DNA of 64,000 bases, taken from the NCBI GenBank assembly GCA_963769215.1, contig CAVYKX010000017.1:88855-152854 (forward strand), given 5' to 3'. Within the stretch, counting starts at the first letter, position 1, and each line of letters opens with the position of its first letter. Under the pieces are notes generated by a model. It was not told the DNA's origin. It ran no database searches and saw nothing but the letters and a program-made list of their open reading frames with translations. The translations under genes and the position numbers were made by a program. Shown here one piece after another: positions 21,401 to 29,690 of this stretch. The stretch comes from Candidatus Sulfomarinibacteraceae bacterium. Lineage in GTDB: Bacteria; Acidobacteriota; Thermoanaerobaculia; Thermoanaerobaculales; Sulfomarinibacteraceae.

Positions 21401-21851
21401 CCCCACTCCGGACTATCACAGGCCGTCGGACACGGCTTCCAGAATCGACGCAGACGGGATGGTGGTCGTGACCCAGGCCGCCCACGAAGCAGTCGGGTAC
21501 CTCGCTGAACGGACGGATCCTTTGACAGTGACGATCGCGGCCAAAGGAGAGAGTGCGCCCGCGCCCCCTGCAGAATCGCAGGAAAAACGGCGAGCCAGCC
21601 TCGGCACCATGCCGGATTTCTCTTTTGAAGGCGACGGCGTGCGGGTGCAGCAGGTGATGCCGGGTTCGGCAGCGGAAACCGCTGGAATTCTCACGGGCGA
21701 TGTCATCGTTGCGCTCGACGGAGAGCCGATAGCTGATCTGCGATCGTTCTCGGCGCTTCTCAAGGCGCGGGAACCGGGCGATCCGGTCGAGGTGACCGTG
21801 CTCCGAGACGGCGAGACCCAAACCGTTTCGGCGGTACTCGGCGCTCGCTGA
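18456..21851 (+). CDS. Secreted M1 aminopeptidase, M28 peptidase and PDZ fusion
   Basis: Signal peptide; GYGM, HELLHNWWG..EG (M1); AHLDHLG, GADDNASG, GEEAG, YHRPSD (M28); C-terminal PDZ LGTMPDF... Confidence 0.88.
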   Translation: MMIRQAGLMSLTVALWAGVPCAAAGPVHHQLQVQIQPDAHTLQVMDRVSFREAVSADENGAYRVLLHAGLSPRVVTPGWRLERLEGPVEAGFFGINATTETVSKNVPLEAYMLTAGEGAAEPVEFVYGGEIHHPLATQGEEYQRSFSETPGIIDPQGVFLAGTSFWVPTFGDGLLTFDLEVGSMHPPWDAVSQGQRTRHEILEDGSRLTSWKLVHPTEEIYLVAGPWHEYTRRAGEVEVFVFLHDDDPSLAQRYLDATARYLVLYEGMLPPYPYASFALVENFWETGYGMPGFTLLGPRVIRFPWILTSSYPHELLHNWWGNSVYVDFETGNWCEGLTAYLADHLFAEQRGEGSTYRRATLKKYTDMVSSGEDFPLSKFGSRNSAATEAVGYGKSLMLFHMARRAVGDDDFLAALSLFDREHRFTRARFSDIAEAFTDETGGDWVPFIEEWVERKGAPRLEIREARVEEGLPGEAPWRVAVHLRQIQGEDPFPITVPVAVTVEGREEAVWAEAGSCGRDCIIEVPCPARPLRVDVDPAFDVMRRLDPLEVPPALSTVFGGENPLFVLPSEASEDETTAWRKLAEDWARPEEPKVVLDSELEVLPDTATWVLGWNNRFGEEVARRVVDQGVQVSADSVTLARDSLSRMDHSVALVARAEGNPSNAVGWVAAAPITAIPGLGRKLPHYTRYSYLGFRGPEPENVAKGMWQPLSSPMVRNLTGGAMPELELPVRAPLAELPPPYDAEVLRKTVAELADPELEGRGLGTDGLDRATDLVEARLEAIGVEAAGDEGFRQSWSWTGGEPAREMVLVNLVARVAGSDESLSDSPVVVLAHLDHLGRGWPDARGENKGQVHPGADDNASGVAVLLELAKTMAAEPPRPRPVVFAVVTGEEAGLVGSRHLLSSLSEKSQPFACINLDTVGRLSDGKLFVLNADTAREWRFIFMGVGYTTGAPVSVVSEPLDASDQVACIENGIPAIQLFTGPTPDYHRPSDTASRIDADGMVVVTQAAHEAVGYLAERTDPLTVTIAAKGESAPAPPAESQEKRRASLGTMPDFSFEGDGVRVQQVMPGSAAETAGILTGDVIVALDGEPIADLRSFSALLKAREPGDPVEVTVLRDGETQTVSAVLGAR

Positions 21852-21965
21852 AATTGAACTCGATGAATGACCTGCGTTAAACGCCTGTACTCGAGCACCT
21901 TAAAACACTGATCTGTTCTTTGCTACGATGGCTTCGCCGGATTTGATTCCGAGAGGAGAGTTGAG

Positions 21966-22538
21966 ATGGCTACGTTTTCAGACACCGCGAGACAGAAAGT
22001 TCGCGAATATATGGACTTGAGCGAGACCCCGACTCTTGGCGTTCGCGTGGTCGCACACCGTTTTGGTAAGCACCAATTCCGGTATGAGCTGGCGCTGGTC
22101 ATGGAAGGTGAGACCAAGGAAGATGATGTGGTGGTCGATCAGGAGGGACTCAATGTCTATCTCGATCCCCAGAGCGCCGAGTGGCTCGAAGGCGCGACCG
22201 TCGATTTCGTCTCCGACACGACCGGGACAGGATTCATGTTCAACAATCCTCAGGCAGAGGTGAGTTGGGACGATCCGCTGGCGCAGAAGGTGCAGAAGGT
22301 CATCGACGAGCGCATCGCTCCATCGTTGGCCGGCCACGGCGGGTGGGTCGAACTCCTGGGCGTCGATGGCGATGCTGCAACCATCCAGTTCGGCGGCGGG
22401 TGCCAGGGTTGTGGCATGTCGCAGGTGACCCTCAAAGAGGGCATTGAGAGCGCCATCCTCCAGGAGGTGCCGGAGATCAAGCGGGTGCTCGACGACACCG
22501 ACCACACGGCCGGCGCCAGTCCTTACTACTCGAAGTAA
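21966..22538 (+). CDS. nfuA: Fe-S biogenesis protein NfuA
   Basis: Cys-less HesB-like N domain plus NifU-C domain with GGGCQGCGMS. Confidence 0.88.
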   Translation: MATFSDTARQKVREYMDLSETPTLGVRVVAHRFGKHQFRYELALVMEGETKEDDVVVDQEGLNVYLDPQSAEWLEGATVDFVSDTTGTGFMFNNPQAEVSWDDPLAQKVQKVIDERIAPSLAGHGGWVELLGVDGDAATIQFGGGCQGCGMSQVTLKEGIESAILQEVPEIKRVLDDTDHTAGASPYYSK

Positions 22539-22623
22539 GAGCGCCAATCGACACCGGTTCGCCAGCTCGCGACGACCTTCCGCGTGCTAGCTTGGATATA
22601 CCGCGTGTTTTCGGGGAGGGCCA

Positions 22624-23457
22624 ATGAGGCGGGTTGTCAACTGGCTCGTGTCCGATCGTCTGGTGATGACGGTCATCGTTCTCAACGCCACCGCGTTGGT
22701 ATTGCACGAAATGGCTGCTCCCGGGACGCCATCGGCAAATCTCTGGTTCTGGATCGACTATTGCTGTGTGGTCTTTTTCCTGCTCGAATCCCTTATCAAG
22801 ATCCAGCAGGATGGATGGGTTGGATATTGGGATAACAACTGGAACAGATTCGATTTCACGGTCGTCGTTCTGAGCCTGCCGGCGCTGCTCGGTCCCTTCC
22901 TCGATGTCAGCCAGTTTGCCTTTGTTCTCATCTTGCGGCTTGGCCGCCTGTTCCGGCTCTTCAGGGTGCTTCGTTTCATCCCCAACCTCGACCACCTGGT
23001 CAACGGAGTCCGGCGGGCGCTACGCGCCTCGATCGGCGTCTTCCTCGCCCTCATATTGATCAATCTCATCCTTGCCGTGATGGCTACATTGCTGTTCCGC
23101 GATCTCGACCCGGATCACTTCGGGAACCCTATTTCGTCGGGTTATTCCATCTTCCAGGTATTCACCGTTGAAGGCTGGAACGAAATCGCCGAGGGCATCG
23201 AGGAGCGCGCAAGGGCTTCGGGCGAGTCGGACCCCGGGCTCCTGATCGCGGGAACCCGCCTTTTCTTTGTCGCGGCCGTACTCATCGGTGGGATTCTGGG
23301 ACTTTCGTTGGCGAATGCGGTCTTCGTGGACGAGATGATGATGGACAACACCGAAGATCCTCGAGCGAAAGGTCGATGCTCTGACGGAAGAACTCCGCCG
23401 CCTCCGAGACGACCTGAGAACTTGACATTCACAACGCCCGGAAGGGTGGAATCGTGA
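22624..23457 (+). CDS. BacNav-family voltage-gated cation channel (3' end probably frameshifted)
   Basis: WNRFDF (S3), S4 LRLGRLFRLFRVLR, pore FQVFTVEGWNE, S6 LANAVFVD. Confidence 0.88.
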   Translation: MRRVVNWLVSDRLVMTVIVLNATALVLHEMAAPGTPSANLWFWIDYCCVVFFLLESLIKIQQDGWVGYWDNNWNRFDFTVVVLSLPALLGPFLDVSQFAFVLILRLGRLFRLFRVLRFIPNLDHLVNGVRRALRASIGVFLALILINLILAVMATLLFRDLDPDHFGNPISSGYSIFQVFTVEGWNEIAEGIEERARASGESDPGLLIAGTRLFFVAAVLIGGILGLSLANAVFVDEMMMDNTEDPRAKGRCSDGRTPPPPRRPENLTFTTPGRVES

Positions 23458-23489
23458 AATGTTCAAACCTGGGTTCCTCCGAAATCTCG

Positions 23490-23763
23490 TGAGATAGAAG
23501 AGAAATTCGAGGTGAGTCCCGAATGGGCGACATCGTGGCCGTCGCAACCACGAAGTCACGAAGACACCAAGGGAACACGAAGGGTTTTCTCGACCTCTCT
23601 CTTCGAGGACTTTCGCGGTGGCAGGAATTTTCACGTTTTCAGAATCCGCACTTCTGATGAGTCTCACGAAAGCACTAGGAGAGGCTTTGTGAGTTCTTCG
23701 TGTCCTTCGAGTCTTCGTGGTTCAAGGTGTTCGGGTGGGTGGGTGGAAACACTCCAAATTTCG
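23490..23763 (+). mobile_element. MITE-like non-coding element, CACGAAG family, copy 1
   Basis: Inverted 9-mer-repeat arms (accacgaagtcacgaagacac ... cttcgtgtccttcgagtcttcgtggtt); homologous to 26312-26582 (minus) and 47995-48160. Confidence 0.75.
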
Positions 23764-23809
23764 ATGTGGCCCATTCAATTCGATGAATCGATCTTTGAAT
23801 CGTCGAACG

Positions 23810-24782
23810 TCAGATTCCGCCGCCGTTTTCGAACCGTTCGGTCTTCGGTCGTGATTGAGAGATCATGGCTCCCGGCGCCACGTCGCGGGTCAGCCACACG
23901 TTTCCGCCGATCACCGCGCCTTTGCCGATGGTCACCCGCCCCAGAATGGTGGCCCCGGAATAGATGGTGACTTCGTCTTCAATCACCGGGTGACGATCGA
24001 TGCCCTTGATCGGGTTGCCCGAATCGTCCATCGGGAAGCTCTTGGCGCCCAGCGTCACGCCCTGGTAGATGCGTACCCGTTCACCGATGATGGCGGTCTC
24101 ACCAATTACAACACCAGTGCCGTGGTCGATGAAAGTCCTTTTACCGACGGTTGCACCGGGATGGATATCAATACCCGTGCGGCTGTGGGCATGTTCGGCG
24201 ATGATGCGTGGAATCAGAGGTACGCCGAATTTGTAGAGTTCGTGGGCGATTCGGTGACAGGTGAGGGCCAGGACTCCCGGGTAGCAGAAGATCGCTTCGG
24301 ATGGGCTCGACGCGGCAGGATCGCCTTCGTAGGCTGCCACTGCATCGAGCGCCAACAGGTCGTCGGATCTCCGGCAGGCGCCGGAGAAAATCGGTTGTGA
24401 TCCGTTTCGCTTGACTGAGACAGGCCTCCGGTCTTCGATCGACCTTGTCGCGCTGGCAGGCGAAGCAGAGCCCGCGGTGGATCTCGTCAACCATGATCAG
24501 CGAAGCCTTGTGCAGGGCTGACCCCATGTGGAAGCCGAGGCTTTCCTCGGTGACGTCGCGGTTGCCAACGTAGCCTGGGAAGATCACCGACTGCAGGAGC
24601 TCCACCATATGTACGACCTCGGAGCGCGACGGCAACGGGTGCCCGGTGAAGGTTTTTCTGAGCGGCGTTGCAAGCTCGTCGGCCTGCGCCTGCAGTTCGT
24701 CGACGACCTGGGCCAGAACCTTGTCGATCGTGCCGCCACCATCGTCGCGCTGTTCGGGGTCGAGAATTTCCAGTTTGGCCAT
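23810..24782 (-). CDS. cysE: Serine O-acetyltransferase, EpsC-type (frameshift near 24360)
   Basis: [41 protein letters not shown]; N-terminal LPSR..IFPGY lies in the upstream ORF. Confidence 0.88.
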
Positions 24783-24919
24783 GTATCTCTCCTAGCAGAT
24801 TCAACACGCCAATACGTCATTCTAGTCCCATACTCGTGCCCTCGCCTGTGTCGGGCCTGCGAATGGGCTGGTTCCTGCGGCGCGCTTTTCTGCGAGCAGA
24901 TTGCCGCGCGCAGGGATCT

Positions 24920-24943
24920 GTAGGGGCGGCATACATGCCGCCC
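24920..24943 (+). repeat. GTAG-type REP-like palindrome
   Basis: GTAG GGGCGGCAT AC ATGCCGCCC. Confidence 0.7.
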
Positions 24944-25110
24944 TTCGACGAATGCTATTCGCTTCGACAAAGGCAGGATCTATTCCGCTCGTACGGCGGT
25001 GTGGCGGCGATCGGCTCCGGCATTCAGAATCCAGCATCTTTGTCGGAACGACTGCCATCACAGGCAATGGATGTGAATCTGGCGGTATTTGTGCGGTCGG
25101 TGGTCGTGCC

Positions 25111-25151
25111 GGGGGGGGCGGGGAAATTCCGAATTCCGAATTCCGAATTCG
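25111..25151 (+). repeat. G-anchor plus AATTCCG array
   Basis: ggggggggcgggga aattccg aattccg aattccg aattcg. Confidence 0.85.
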
Positions 25152-25162
25152 ATCCTTTCCGC

Positions 25163-25357
25163 CTAGAACATCCCGCCCGTGCGGGGGCCGCCCACGCCGC
25201 TGCGCTCGGCAGAGCGCTTACGGTCGTCGGTAGAGAGATGGCACGCCTTGTACTTCTTGCCGGAACCGCACCAGCAGCGGTCGTTGCGACCGAGCACCGG
25301 GATCGCCTGCTGTTCGGGGCCGAGAACCAGCCGTTTGAGACCTTCGCGAAGATTCAT
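25163..25357 (-). CDS. Small SEC-C motif protein
   Basis: GRNDRCWCGSGKKYKACH. Confidence 0.8.
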   Translation of the reverse strand: MNLREGLKRLVLGPEQQAIPVLGRNDRCWCGSGKKYKACHLSTDDRKRSAERSGVGGPRTGGMF

Positions 25358-25563
25358 AGATGCCTACCTTGAGTGCTTTTTACAGCCAGATGACTGCTTA
25401 AACAGCCGGAATGGTAACAAAAACCCCTAAAACCGTCAATTTGCCTGTGAGCTTGGAAGATCCTGGAGAGCTTCGAGATCGAGGAATATTTACGCGGGTT
25501 CACCGGTAGTATCATGTGCCGTGAGTAGATTCGGTCACGGTTCCATTTCGGCGGAGGATCCCC

Positions 25564-26256
25564 ATGTACTTCGATCCCATGTATTTTCTGTTTATCGCGC
25601 CGGCTTTCTTCTTTTCGCTGTGGGCGAGCTGGCGGACAAAGTCGAACTTCAAGACCTATGCCAAGGTGCCGGTTTCGTCGGGTATGAGCGGCGCTGAGGC
25701 TGCGCAGAGAATTCTCGACGGTGCCGGAATCAACGACGTCAAGATCGGTCGTTCGCGTGGCATGCTGAGCGACCACTACAACCCGGTCAGCAAGACCCTC
25801 GCCCTTTCGGATGGTGTATTCGATTCGCGTTCCCTGGCTGCGGTCGGCATCGCTGCTCATGAAGCCGGCCATGCCATTCAACACGCCAGGCACTACGGCC
25901 CGCTCAAGCTCCGGTCGGCCCTCGTGCCCACTGCCAGCATCGGCTCCAACCTCGGCTATATCGTGATGTTGGGAGGGCTCTTCTTTTCTTCCGCCAATGT
26001 CGTCATGGTCGGCGCGGTGCTGTTCTCCGCAGTGCTACTTTTCCAAATCGTGACGCTACCGGTCGAGTTTGACGCCTCGAACCGCGCCAAGGCGCTCGTC
26101 GTGGAGAAGGGCATCGTCGGAGTTGACGAGCGCCGCGGGATGGACAAGGTTTTGAATGCGGCGGCCATGACCTATGTGGCGGCTGTGGCTTCGTCCATTT
26201 CGACCCTGTTGTACTTTCTGGTGCGGGCAGGTCTGCTCGGCGGCAGAAGGGACTGA
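25564..26256 (+). CDS. YugP-like membrane zinc metallopeptidase
   Basis: LSDHYNP, AAHEAGHAIQH, TLPVEFDAS, AAAMTYVA. Confidence 0.9.
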   Translation: MYFDPMYFLFIAPAFFFSLWASWRTKSNFKTYAKVPVSSGMSGAEAAQRILDGAGINDVKIGRSRGMLSDHYNPVSKTLALSDGVFDSRSLAAVGIAAHEAGHAIQHARHYGPLKLRSALVPTASIGSNLGYIVMLGGLFFSSANVVMVGAVLFSAVLLFQIVTLPVEFDASNRAKALVVEKGIVGVDERRGMDKVLNAAAMTYVAAVASSISTLLYFLVRAGLLGGRRD

Positions 26257-26311
26257 ACACAGAGAGTAAGAACGTCGTAACGTGGGCTCATCCGGGATCG
26301 CATGAGACGAA

Positions 26312-26582
26312 CCGAAATTTGGAGTGTTCCACCCGCCCTCGCGAACACCTCGAACCACGAAGACTCGAAGGACACGAAGAAATCACAAAGGTTTTCTCAA
26401 TGTTTTCCTGACTCATCAGAAGTGCGGACTCTGAAGACGTGGAGATTCCCGTCTCCGCGAGCGTTCGTGAAGTGATGGGTCAGGAAACTCCTTCGTGTTC
26501 CCTTGGTGTCTTTGTGACTTCGTGGTTGCGACGGCGGCGATCTCGCCCCGGGGCTCACATCGTTGTCCTCTTCGATCCTATG
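26312..26582 (-). mobile_element. MITE-like element, CACGAAG family, copy 2
   Basis: Reverse complement aligns end to end with 23490-23763, including ccgcacttctgatgagtc and the ggtgga(a)acactccaaatttcg end. Confidence 0.75.
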
Positions 26583-26641
26583 GAATTTCGGGTGAGCCGA
26601 ACGTTCAGACATTGAACCTCGGGATGCGGAGGAGAGTTGGC

Positions 26642-27466
26642 TCAGTCGAACAACACCGTGTCTTCGCCGTTTTCCTCGACCATCTGATCTGCAACCTCCA
26701 GGATCAGACCGCGGCGCACCCAGAGGGCCTTGATCTGGCGTTTCGAGAGCCACTGACTGAGACTCCCTTCGAGTTGCTCCATGGTCATCTGGCGGAGAGA
26801 CGCGAGCACGGTGCGTGAAAACCGACCCAACGATTCTTCGGCGAACAGTTTTTTGTGGTTTCGAAACGCTCGCGAGGAGTCGATCTTGTAGACCTTCCAA
26901 TCCGGAGTCACCAACAGGTTGTTGACGTTTTTGTAGTCGACGTCGTAGATCAGCTGAAGAAAGAGCCGGACGGTGTACATCTGGTTGTTCCAGGCCACGG
27001 TGTCTGGAGCTGAGATTTTCTTGACTTTGAGCCTTTCCCACTCGGTCATCGAGCCTTCGACCCAAAGACTGAGGGATCCCTCGTTGCCCTGGATCCACCG
27101 ATTGACGACCGGCGGCACGATACCGAGGCCGAGGAGTTTGTCGAGCTCGTAGGCGGCGATCTCGTATTTCCACGAGTCGGAGAAGTTGAGTTCCGAATTC
27201 CCGTCGGGGAACTCTTTTCTCTGCGCGTACTCATCGATTGTCTTGAATACCGCAAAGAGCGTGCGCTCGCCATCGCTGAGTTCCACCTTCTTGGGCCGCG
27301 TGACTCCGTGGGTCGGGAAGTTCCCAACGGAGCGGATCTTGGCGGTCTTCAGGAACTCCTCGGCTGCGCCTCCTTCGAGAGGAAGACCTTGCGCGGGCGT
27401 GCCGACGGGGGCGGGTTGTGCGGTCTGGAGAGCCAAAACGAGGATCGCCGCGGTCATGGCGCTCAT
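26642..27466 (-). CDS. Secreted atypical kinase-fold protein (PI4K-II/Fam20-like)
   Basis: Signal peptide; AVFK, EIAAYELDKLLGLGIVPPVV, DVDYKNVNNLL, KIDSSRAF. Confidence 0.65.
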   Translation of the reverse strand: MSAMTAAILVLALQTAQPAPVGTPAQGLPLEGGAAEEFLKTAKIRSVGNFPTHGVTRPKKVELSDGERTLFAVFKTIDEYAQRKEFPDGNSELNFSDSWKYEIAAYELDKLLGLGIVPPVVNRWIQGNEGSLSLWVEGSMTEWERLKVKKISAPDTVAWNNQMYTVRLFLQLIYDVDYKNVNNLLVTPDWKVYKIDSSRAFRNHKKLFAEESLGRFSRTVLASLRQMTMEQLEGSLSQWLSKRQIKALWVRRGLILEVADQMVEENGEDTVLFD

Positions 27467-27482
27467 GTCGTACCTCCGTGAC

Positions 27483-29402
27483 TCAGTAGCTGCTGATCAA
27501 CTCCACCACGCGGCGTGCCGGTGCCCGCAGCTTCTCTTCGGCCACCCGCTGGGCGTTGAGCTGGGTGTACTCGACTCTGAATTTCGTCGGGTTGGCGGTC
27601 GGAGCTCGGCCGTGGAGGTCGATCGGGACGATCGATACTCGGGCCTGGAAAGCGACGTCTCGCTGTCCCATATACATCAGCGGCCGTTCGCCGAGGTATT
27701 CGACCCGAATCATGACGGCGCTCCGCGCGTAGGGGCGCAAGAGGCGGTGGACATCGCCGGGGGCGCGGTCCGCGTCGCCGGCGATGATGGCGGAGACCCC
27801 CGGAATGCTGTACTCATCAACCAGTTCGATGCCGGCGCGGGTCAGGGCCGCCTCCATGAAGGTCTCTGCCTCACCTGCAAAGAGGGTTTCCCCAACGGCG
27901 ATGACAACCGTGCCCTGTGGGGGAGGTGCAACCGGCATCGGGCGTTGACGGGGTGGCGCTTCGGCTCCGCCCTTCGGCGCCGTCATGGTTTCTCGCGATT
28001 GGGTGGTTGAGCTCATGGACTGTGACGACTGTTCGGCTGATGGCGACGACGATTCGATCGTCTTCTGATTCGATGTCGGAAGACTGCCCTGCGCGGCGGG
28101 CTGCTCTTCTTCGAAAGACGTCGCGGTTGAATCGTTGTCCGAATCCACCTGTTCTTCGCCGAGGGGTGCCACTTCGGGCGGTTCTCCTGCGGAATCTTCG
28201 ACCGGCGTTGATTCCTCGGATGAAACGGCTTCTTCAGAATCGAGCATTCGTGTGGCGACGTCGAAAAGGCCGGTGCGCCAGGCAACCAGGCCTGCGGTGA
28301 CCACTGCAGCCAGCCCGAGCACGACTACGAGCGCGGCCACCAGAGCCAGTCGGCGGCTGCCGTCTGCCGGTGGCTCTTCCAGCGGCGCGGTTTCCACCAC
28401 TGGAGCTTCGGTTGCAACGGCCGGCGTGGTGCCCGGCGGTGGTACCGAGGGGAGACCGGCCTTGATCCCATCACTCGGCACCGCCAGAGTCGGCTCGGAC
28501 TCGATGTTATCGGCAACGACTGTTGGTGGAAGAGGCCCGTCGCCCGAGGCAGGCGCCGCCAGCCGTTCGACCAGGTTTCCGGCTGCGCCACGAGCGGTGA
28601 GAAAGGCCTCGAGTTCGCCAATGAGCTCGCCACAGTTCGAAACCCGAAGATCGCGGTCCTTGGCCATCATGCGCGCGACGATCGAACGCAGTTCCTGATC
28701 AATCTCTGGGTTCAGTTCCTTGAGGTCCGGCGGCTCCACTTCCACGATCTGACGGAGCAGCGCCAGTGGGCTGTCCGCCGAGAATGGCACCTTTCCGCTC
28801 AGCGCCTCGAAAAGCGTGACCCCCAGGGAGTAGATATCGGTGCGGTGATCGACGTTCTGGTCGAGACACTGCTCCGGCGACAGATATCCCGGGGTGCCCA
28901 TGAACATCCCGGTGGCGGTCAATCTGGAAGCTCCTCCACCCATCAGCGCAAGCCCGAAATCTGCAATCTTGACCAGCCCGCGTTCATCGATCATGAGGTT
29001 CGCCGGCTTGATATCTCGATGAATGATGTTCTGTTCGTGGGCGGCCTGCAGTCCTGAGGCTGTCTGGAGAGCGATTCGCGCCACCTGGAGTGGCTCCAAC
29101 GGCCCTTTGCGCAGTATCTGCTGAAGGCTCTTTCCGGAGACATACTCCATCACGAAGTAGTGTTTGCCCTCTTCCTGATTGACGGCGTAGATCTGGACGA
29201 TGTTCGGATGATTGAGTCTCGCCGCACTCTGTGCTTCGCGGATGAAGCGCTGGACGTGGGCCGGGTCCTCCGTGAGGTGCTCGCCGAGGACCTTGATGGC
29301 CACGAATCGGTTGAGAGATTCCTCGTGCGCTTTGTAGACGACACCCATTCCGCCGCGCCCGAGTTCGGCGACGATACTGTAGTGGCCGATGCGATCCGCC
29401 AT
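27483..29402 (-). CDS. Membrane Hanks-type Ser/Thr kinase with uncharacterised extracytoplasmic domain
   Basis: LGRGGMGVV, VAIK, HRDIKPAN, DFG, GTPGYLSPE; TM helix; acidic linker; C-terminal alpha/beta domain. Confidence 0.92.
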   Translation of the reverse strand: MADRIGHYSIVAELGRGGMGVVYKAHEESLNRFVAIKVLGEHLTEDPAHVQRFIREAQSAARLNHPNIVQIYAVNQEEGKHYFVMEYVSGKSLQQILRKGPLEPLQVARIALQTASGLQAAHEQNIIHRDIKPANLMIDERGLVKIADFGLALMGGGASRLTATGMFMGTPGYLSPEQCLDQNVDHRTDIYSLGVTLFEALSGKVPFSADSPLALLRQIVEVEPPDLKELNPEIDQELRSIVARMMAKDRDLRVSNCGELIGELEAFLTARGAAGNLVERLAAPASGDGPLPPTVVADNIESEPTLAVPSDGIKAGLPSVPPPGTTPAVATEAPVVETAPLEEPPADGSRRLALVAALVVVLGLAAVVTAGLVAWRTGLFDVATRMLDSEEAVSSEESTPVEDSAGEPPEVAPLGEEQVDSDNDSTATSFEEEQPAAQGSLPTSNQKTIESSSPSAEQSSQSMSSTTQSRETMTAPKGGAEAPPRQRPMPVAPPPQGTVVIAVGETLFAGEAETFMEAALTRAGIELVDEYSIPGVSAIIAGDADRAPGDVHRLLRPYARSAVMIRVEYLGERPLMYMGQRDVAFQARVSIVPIDLHGRAPTANPTKFRVEYTQLNAQRVAEEKLRAPARRVVELISSY

Positions 29403-29570
29403 CTCACGCTCCTTCTCGTCTGACGATGCAGCGCAGTTGAAGTTTAAATATATCTCCTTCGGATGCTAGCACAGGGACCCGAGGCACCGCTAAACGCATC
29501 CGTCAGCATCTCCGTAGAAAAGAGTGAGATCAGGGACGAGAAAATCGTTTCAACTCACCTCCTTCCTCGC

Positions 29571-29605
29571 CATCCCGCCGGCAACCCGGCGGGATCGGTG
29601 TTTTT
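29571..29605 (+). terminator. Intrinsic terminator-like hairpin upstream of nadE
   Basis: atcccgccgg caac ccggcgggat cggtgttttt. Confidence 0.6.
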
Positions 29606-29690
29606 ACTTCTAGAGCGATCTTCAAGGCCCGGCGGAGTGTTACTGCAGACTTGCGGCCGGTATATCCTTGTCTACCGGAGAAAACGGCTC

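Noticed and set aside
23630-23700. Hammerhead-ribozyme-like CTGATGA-gtctcac-GAAA in the CACGAAG element
   Set aside because: I could not build stems I and III, copy 2 lacks the stem II closing pair (CTGATGAgtcagGAAA), and CTGA pairs instead with an upstream TCAG.
29528-29565. Minus-strand AAGGAGGTGA followed by TTG, as a type I toxin-like peptide
   Set aside because: The ORF is only 7 codons (LKRFSRP) and is not hydrophobic. The signal is kept only as the anti-SD in the RNA finding.
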